A DNA stretch of 64,000 bases from Candidatus Nomurabacteria bacterium RIFCSPHIGHO2_01_FULL_37_25. Its GTDB lineage: Bacteria; Patescibacteriota; Minisyncoccia; Phycocordibacterales; UBA9973. The stretch covers positions 34,105-98,104 of the forward strand of contig MFTH01000010.1 in the NCBI GenBank assembly GCA_001786765.1, given 5' to 3'. The position numbers were made by a program, and so were the translations under genes. The first letter of the stretch is position 1, and each line of letters begins with the position of its first letter. The notes under the pieces are model-generated. The model made no database searches. It was not told the origin of the DNA and was given only the letters and a program-made list of their open reading frames with translations. Positions 61,218 to 64,000 of the stretch are shown one piece after another.

Positions 61218-62516
61218 TTATCTTAATAATAACAACCCCAACTTGGAGCTTGCGTCAGAAATCGCATTTTCAACGGTCAGATTATTTGAGAGCACTTTAT
61301 CAATCATATTGCGAAAAATGTTGTCTGTGTCTGCGGGTGACGGGTCAAGCCAGCTCCTCGCATAAAGCGCTGAATCATAAAAAATTGAAGAATAGCTATC
61401 AGTCGGCTTCACCTTGAGTAAATCTCGGCGCGCTGGCGCCGTCCCGGTGGCTAAAGCGAACTTGGAAGCAAAATCCCCGGCAGACAAGAGTCCAGCCGCT
61501 GTAAAAGCAGTGTTGAAGTTCTTCGAAGAAGAGAGTATTGCTATCCCTGTTACATTAGCGCCAGTTAACTTAAAAGTAGAATCTTTTATTTGAGGCATTG
61601 GAGCAACTCCAAAATTTTGATTTGGATTTTTATTTACCAAAGACGCAAGCTCGCTCGCAAATCCAAAATAAAATATTAAATCTTCTCTTGAAAATACATT
61701 ATTAGAATTCGAAAATGACCTATTCCAAGAATATACGTCTTTATTTGGGTCAGCGAAATCCGTATAGAATTTTAAAATTTCGCTAAGATTATATTTTGGA
61801 TTAGCTGAAAGGGCGCTCAAACTAGAATTAAAAATTCCATTTTTCTCCAAAACGATTTTATTTCCTGCCTGCATAAAAAGAGTAGTTAAAATAGTTTTGG
61901 CATTAATAACATTTGAAAAATGTCCAAACGCAATCGCGCTTTTTATTATTTTATTTGAATCATCTTTTTTAGTAAGTTTCAGCGCAAGGCTAGTCAAATC
62001 ATCCCAAAAAGCCGGAGGATACACTACCCCATCCGCATCAAGAAGACTTCGATTATAATACATCATAAGAGGGTCAATAGATAAGGGAAAAGCTAGAACA
62101 CCTTTGGAGGTCAAAAATACTTCCCCTGCGCCGGCAAAATTATTCTTAAATGAAGCAAGTGGATAACTAGCATATGGAATGGAAATAATTCTATCAATAT
62201 AATGAAGGGCTAAATTGTCCGGCAAGAGAAACATATCAGGCCCAGAACCCGATGCTAAAGCTTCAAGTAAATCTTGGTCAAAACTTTCCGCTCTTTTTTG
62301 CGTATATTTCACAATAAAAGTAGGATTAGCTTTATTAAATTCCTCGAGAAGTGGAGACATGATATTGTCACCTACCGTTCCCCATAAGACAACAGTGCCG
62401 AGAACTCCCGGTTTGTTTTGCTCTCCAATTGGTATCGCGCCAGAAAAAACTAAAACACCAAAAATAGCTAAGACGATGAAAACAATTGTTATTATAAGTT
62501 GAAAATTTTCTTTCAT
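61218..62516 (-). CDS. Extracellular solute-binding protein (sugar ABC type)
   Basis: N-terminal anchor, LWG, GPDMF, PL.ID.L.MYYN. Confidence 0.8.
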   Translation of the reverse strand: MKENFQLIITIVFIVLAIFGVLVFSGAIPIGEQNKPGVLGTVVLWGTVGDNIMSPLLEEFNKANPTFIVKYTQKRAESFDQDLLEALASGSGPDMFLLPDNLALHYIDRIISIPYASYPLASFKNNFAGAGEVFLTSKGVLAFPLSIDPLMMYYNRSLLDADGVVYPPAFWDDLTSLALKLTKKDDSNKIIKSAIAFGHFSNVINAKTILTTLFMQAGNKIVLEKNGIFNSSLSALSANPKYNLSEILKFYTDFADPNKDVYSWNRSFSNSNNVFSREDLIFYFGFASELASLVNKNPNQNFGVAPMPQIKDSTFKLTGANVTGIAILSSSKNFNTAFTAAGLLSAGDFASKFALATGTAPARRDLLKVKPTDSYSSIFYDSALYARSWLDPSPADTDNIFRNMIDKVLSNNLTVENAISDASSKLGLLLLR

Positions 62517-62633
62517 CCCGTACGAAATAGGACGCGTACGCTTGCACTACAGTTGTCCTTTTTATTATTTATAATATATTTAATCGGTTTCATAATTTTG
62601 TTTACTTTCATGCGTCCGCGATTTCGTTCGGGA
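62516..62633. mobile_element. Start-codon element variant inserted in an ATGA stop/start overlap
   Basis: TCCCGTACGAAAT / ATTTCGTTCGGGA; TSD TTCA at 62512-62515 and 62634-62637. Confidence 0.88.
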
Positions 62634-62634
62634 T

Positions 62635-63150
62635 TCATTTCTTTATAAATATCATACCATAATGATGCTCGCCGGCGTTAATATCTCTATCAAAAACAAA
62701 ACCTTTTTTTTCAAACATTTCACGAGCTTTATTTTTTGGAATAATGGTTGTTGCATTCATAATTTGAGACTGCGACCAATCAATCAACAATACTCGCCCA
62801 TTTTGTTTTAATATTCTTTTTATTTCTTCGATGAACACCTCTTTGTTTTCCACTTGGAAAAGAACGTTGGAAGCAATAACCGCATCTACGATACTATTAC
62901 CTATTTTTGTTCCTTCAATTTTTTCAACATCACCCCAGAGAATTTCTACATTATTTAAACGGGCTTCTGTTATTTTGTTTTTTATTGTGTTCAAAAAATC
63001 TTTATTTATCTCAACAGCATAGACTTTTCCTTGAGGTACCATCGCCCCCGCGGCGACAGAGTAAAAACCAGTTCCTGCGCCCAAATCCGCCACAATGTTA
63101 TTTTCCTTTAGTCCAAAAGCTTTTAAATTTTTTATTGGATCGGTGAACAT
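62635..63150 (-). CDS. Class I SAM-dependent methyltransferase
   Basis: VADLGAGTG, VYAVE, RILKQNGRVLLIDW. Confidence 0.9.
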   Translation of the reverse strand: MFTDPIKNLKAFGLKENNIVADLGAGTGFYSVAAGAMVPQGKVYAVEINKDFLNTIKNKITEARLNNVEILWGDVEKIEGTKIGNSIVDAVIASNVLFQVENKEVFIEEIKRILKQNGRVLLIDWSQSQIMNATTIIPKNKAREMFEKKGFVFDRDINAGEHHYGMIFIKK

Positions 63151-63210
63151 CTATACATTATAGTATTAAAAAACTTAATTTGCATTGAAGTTATTAACAA
63201 AAAACCTTGA

Positions 63211-63231
63211 TGTCAAAGAGACACTTTGACA
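63211..63231. repeat. REP-like palindrome left of the transposase
   Basis: TGTCAAAG-AGACA-CTTTGACA. Confidence 0.85.
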
Positions 63232-63242
63232 TAATACAGTGA

Positions 63243-63869
63243 ATGAGTAATAGAGATTATAAAAAATTTAATATTGGATCAATAGCTCACATTTACAACA
63301 GAGGAAATAACAAGGAAAAAATATTTTTTGATGATCAAGATTACAGAGCTTTTCTTTTTAGACTTGCTTTAGTTTTAGGATTTGACCAAAAAGAATTACA
63401 AAACGAAAACTTGTTAAGTATGCCTTATTCCAGAATACGAATTGAATTTAAAGGAAAAAATAAATTCAAAATACATGCTTTTTGTCTTATGCCAAATCAT
63501 TTTCATTTATTAATTGAGCAAGTTGGAGATACCTCAATTTCAAAATTAATTTCAAAAGTCTGTTCAAGTTATTCTAAATATATAAATAAAAAATATAAAC
63601 GTGTTGGACATACTTTTCAAGATTGTTTTAAAGCTGTAATTATTGAGAATAATCCTCAACTAATGTGGGTTTCGTCTTATATCCACATGAATGCAGTAAA
63701 AGATGGTTTGGTAAAACACCCTTCTGAATATTTATGGAGTAGTTACAACGATTACACTTCCCTCAGAAATTTACCGTTAGTTACAAAAGAATTATTAATA
63801 GAAACTTTTGGCGATGAGAAAAATTTTATAGAACAAACATTGAATTTTAGTGTCAAAGTGTCTCTTTGA
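63243..63869 (+). CDS. REP-associated tyrosine transposase (RAYT/IS200-like HUH)
   Basis: HIYNRG, CLMPNHFHLL (HUH), YIHMN catalytic Tyr region, WSSY. Confidence 0.9.
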   Translation: MSNRDYKKFNIGSIAHIYNRGNNKEKIFFDDQDYRAFLFRLALVLGFDQKELQNENLLSMPYSRIRIEFKGKNKFKIHAFCLMPNHFHLLIEQVGDTSISKLISKVCSSYSKYINKKYKRVGHTFQDCFKAVIIENNPQLMWVSSYIHMNAVKDGLVKHPSEYLWSSYNDYTSLRNLPLVTKELLIETFGDEKNFIEQTLNFSVKVSL

Positions 63870-63871
63870 CA
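63851..63871. repeat. REP-like palindrome right of the transposase
   Basis: Exact reverse complement of 63211-63231; contains the TGA stop. Confidence 0.85.
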
Positions 63872-63898
63872 CCCTTACCTTTGACATATATGCACTAT

Positions 63899-64000
63899 TT
63901 AAAGCTTTTTGTAAATATCCCAATTCTTGTTTGAATCTCGAATAAATCCATCTATTTGAAAAGATAAAAATTCTAAAGCACCAAAATAAATTCCTCCGTG
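63899..64000 (-). CDS. 3' end of a CDS starting beyond the window
   Basis: Open frame ...HGGILFGALEFLSFQIDG...YKKL*. Confidence 0.45.
   Translation of the reverse strand, partial: HGGIYFGALEFLSFQIDGFIRDSNKNWDIYKKL

Overview
AT-rich, code-11 chromosome segment. Gene content and layout (F1F0 ATP synthase operon, tandem VirB2/TrbC-like pilins, HTH-MurA, NusB-NUDIX, PaaX-like protein) point to a Patescibacteria/CPR (Parcubacteria-like) genome; this is inferred, not searched. It holds core genes (topA, relA/spoT, parB, murA, miaA, alr, ddl, rseP, frr, holB-like, mreB, rsmI, atp operon, prfA, rpmE, rplY, rnr, maf, smc, rnc, nusB, rpmF, rpmG, thrS), three tRNAs, TA pairs, a defence-type island at tRNA-Ile and a RAYT-type HUH transposase. 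The most unusual signal is non-coding. (1) A family of about 80-120 bp elements with TCCCGTTAG...CTAACGGGA terminal inverted repeats sits exactly at start codons. They duplicate TGAN, rebuild the ATG with their terminal A, and carry uORFs that stop beside the rebuilt ATG. (2) Several short palindrome families are inserted in frame inside essential genes. (3) A 137-bp foldback family has conserved loops and variable stems. (4) A PaaX/Cas2-fold gene is bracketed by inverted copies of a palindrome that also occurs solo. (5) A duplicated promoter + boxA-like + covarying structured leader drives GC-rich ORFans. (6) Genes have accreted in tandem behind repeats of the prfA 3' junction. All calls come from reading the sequence; no database searches were run.
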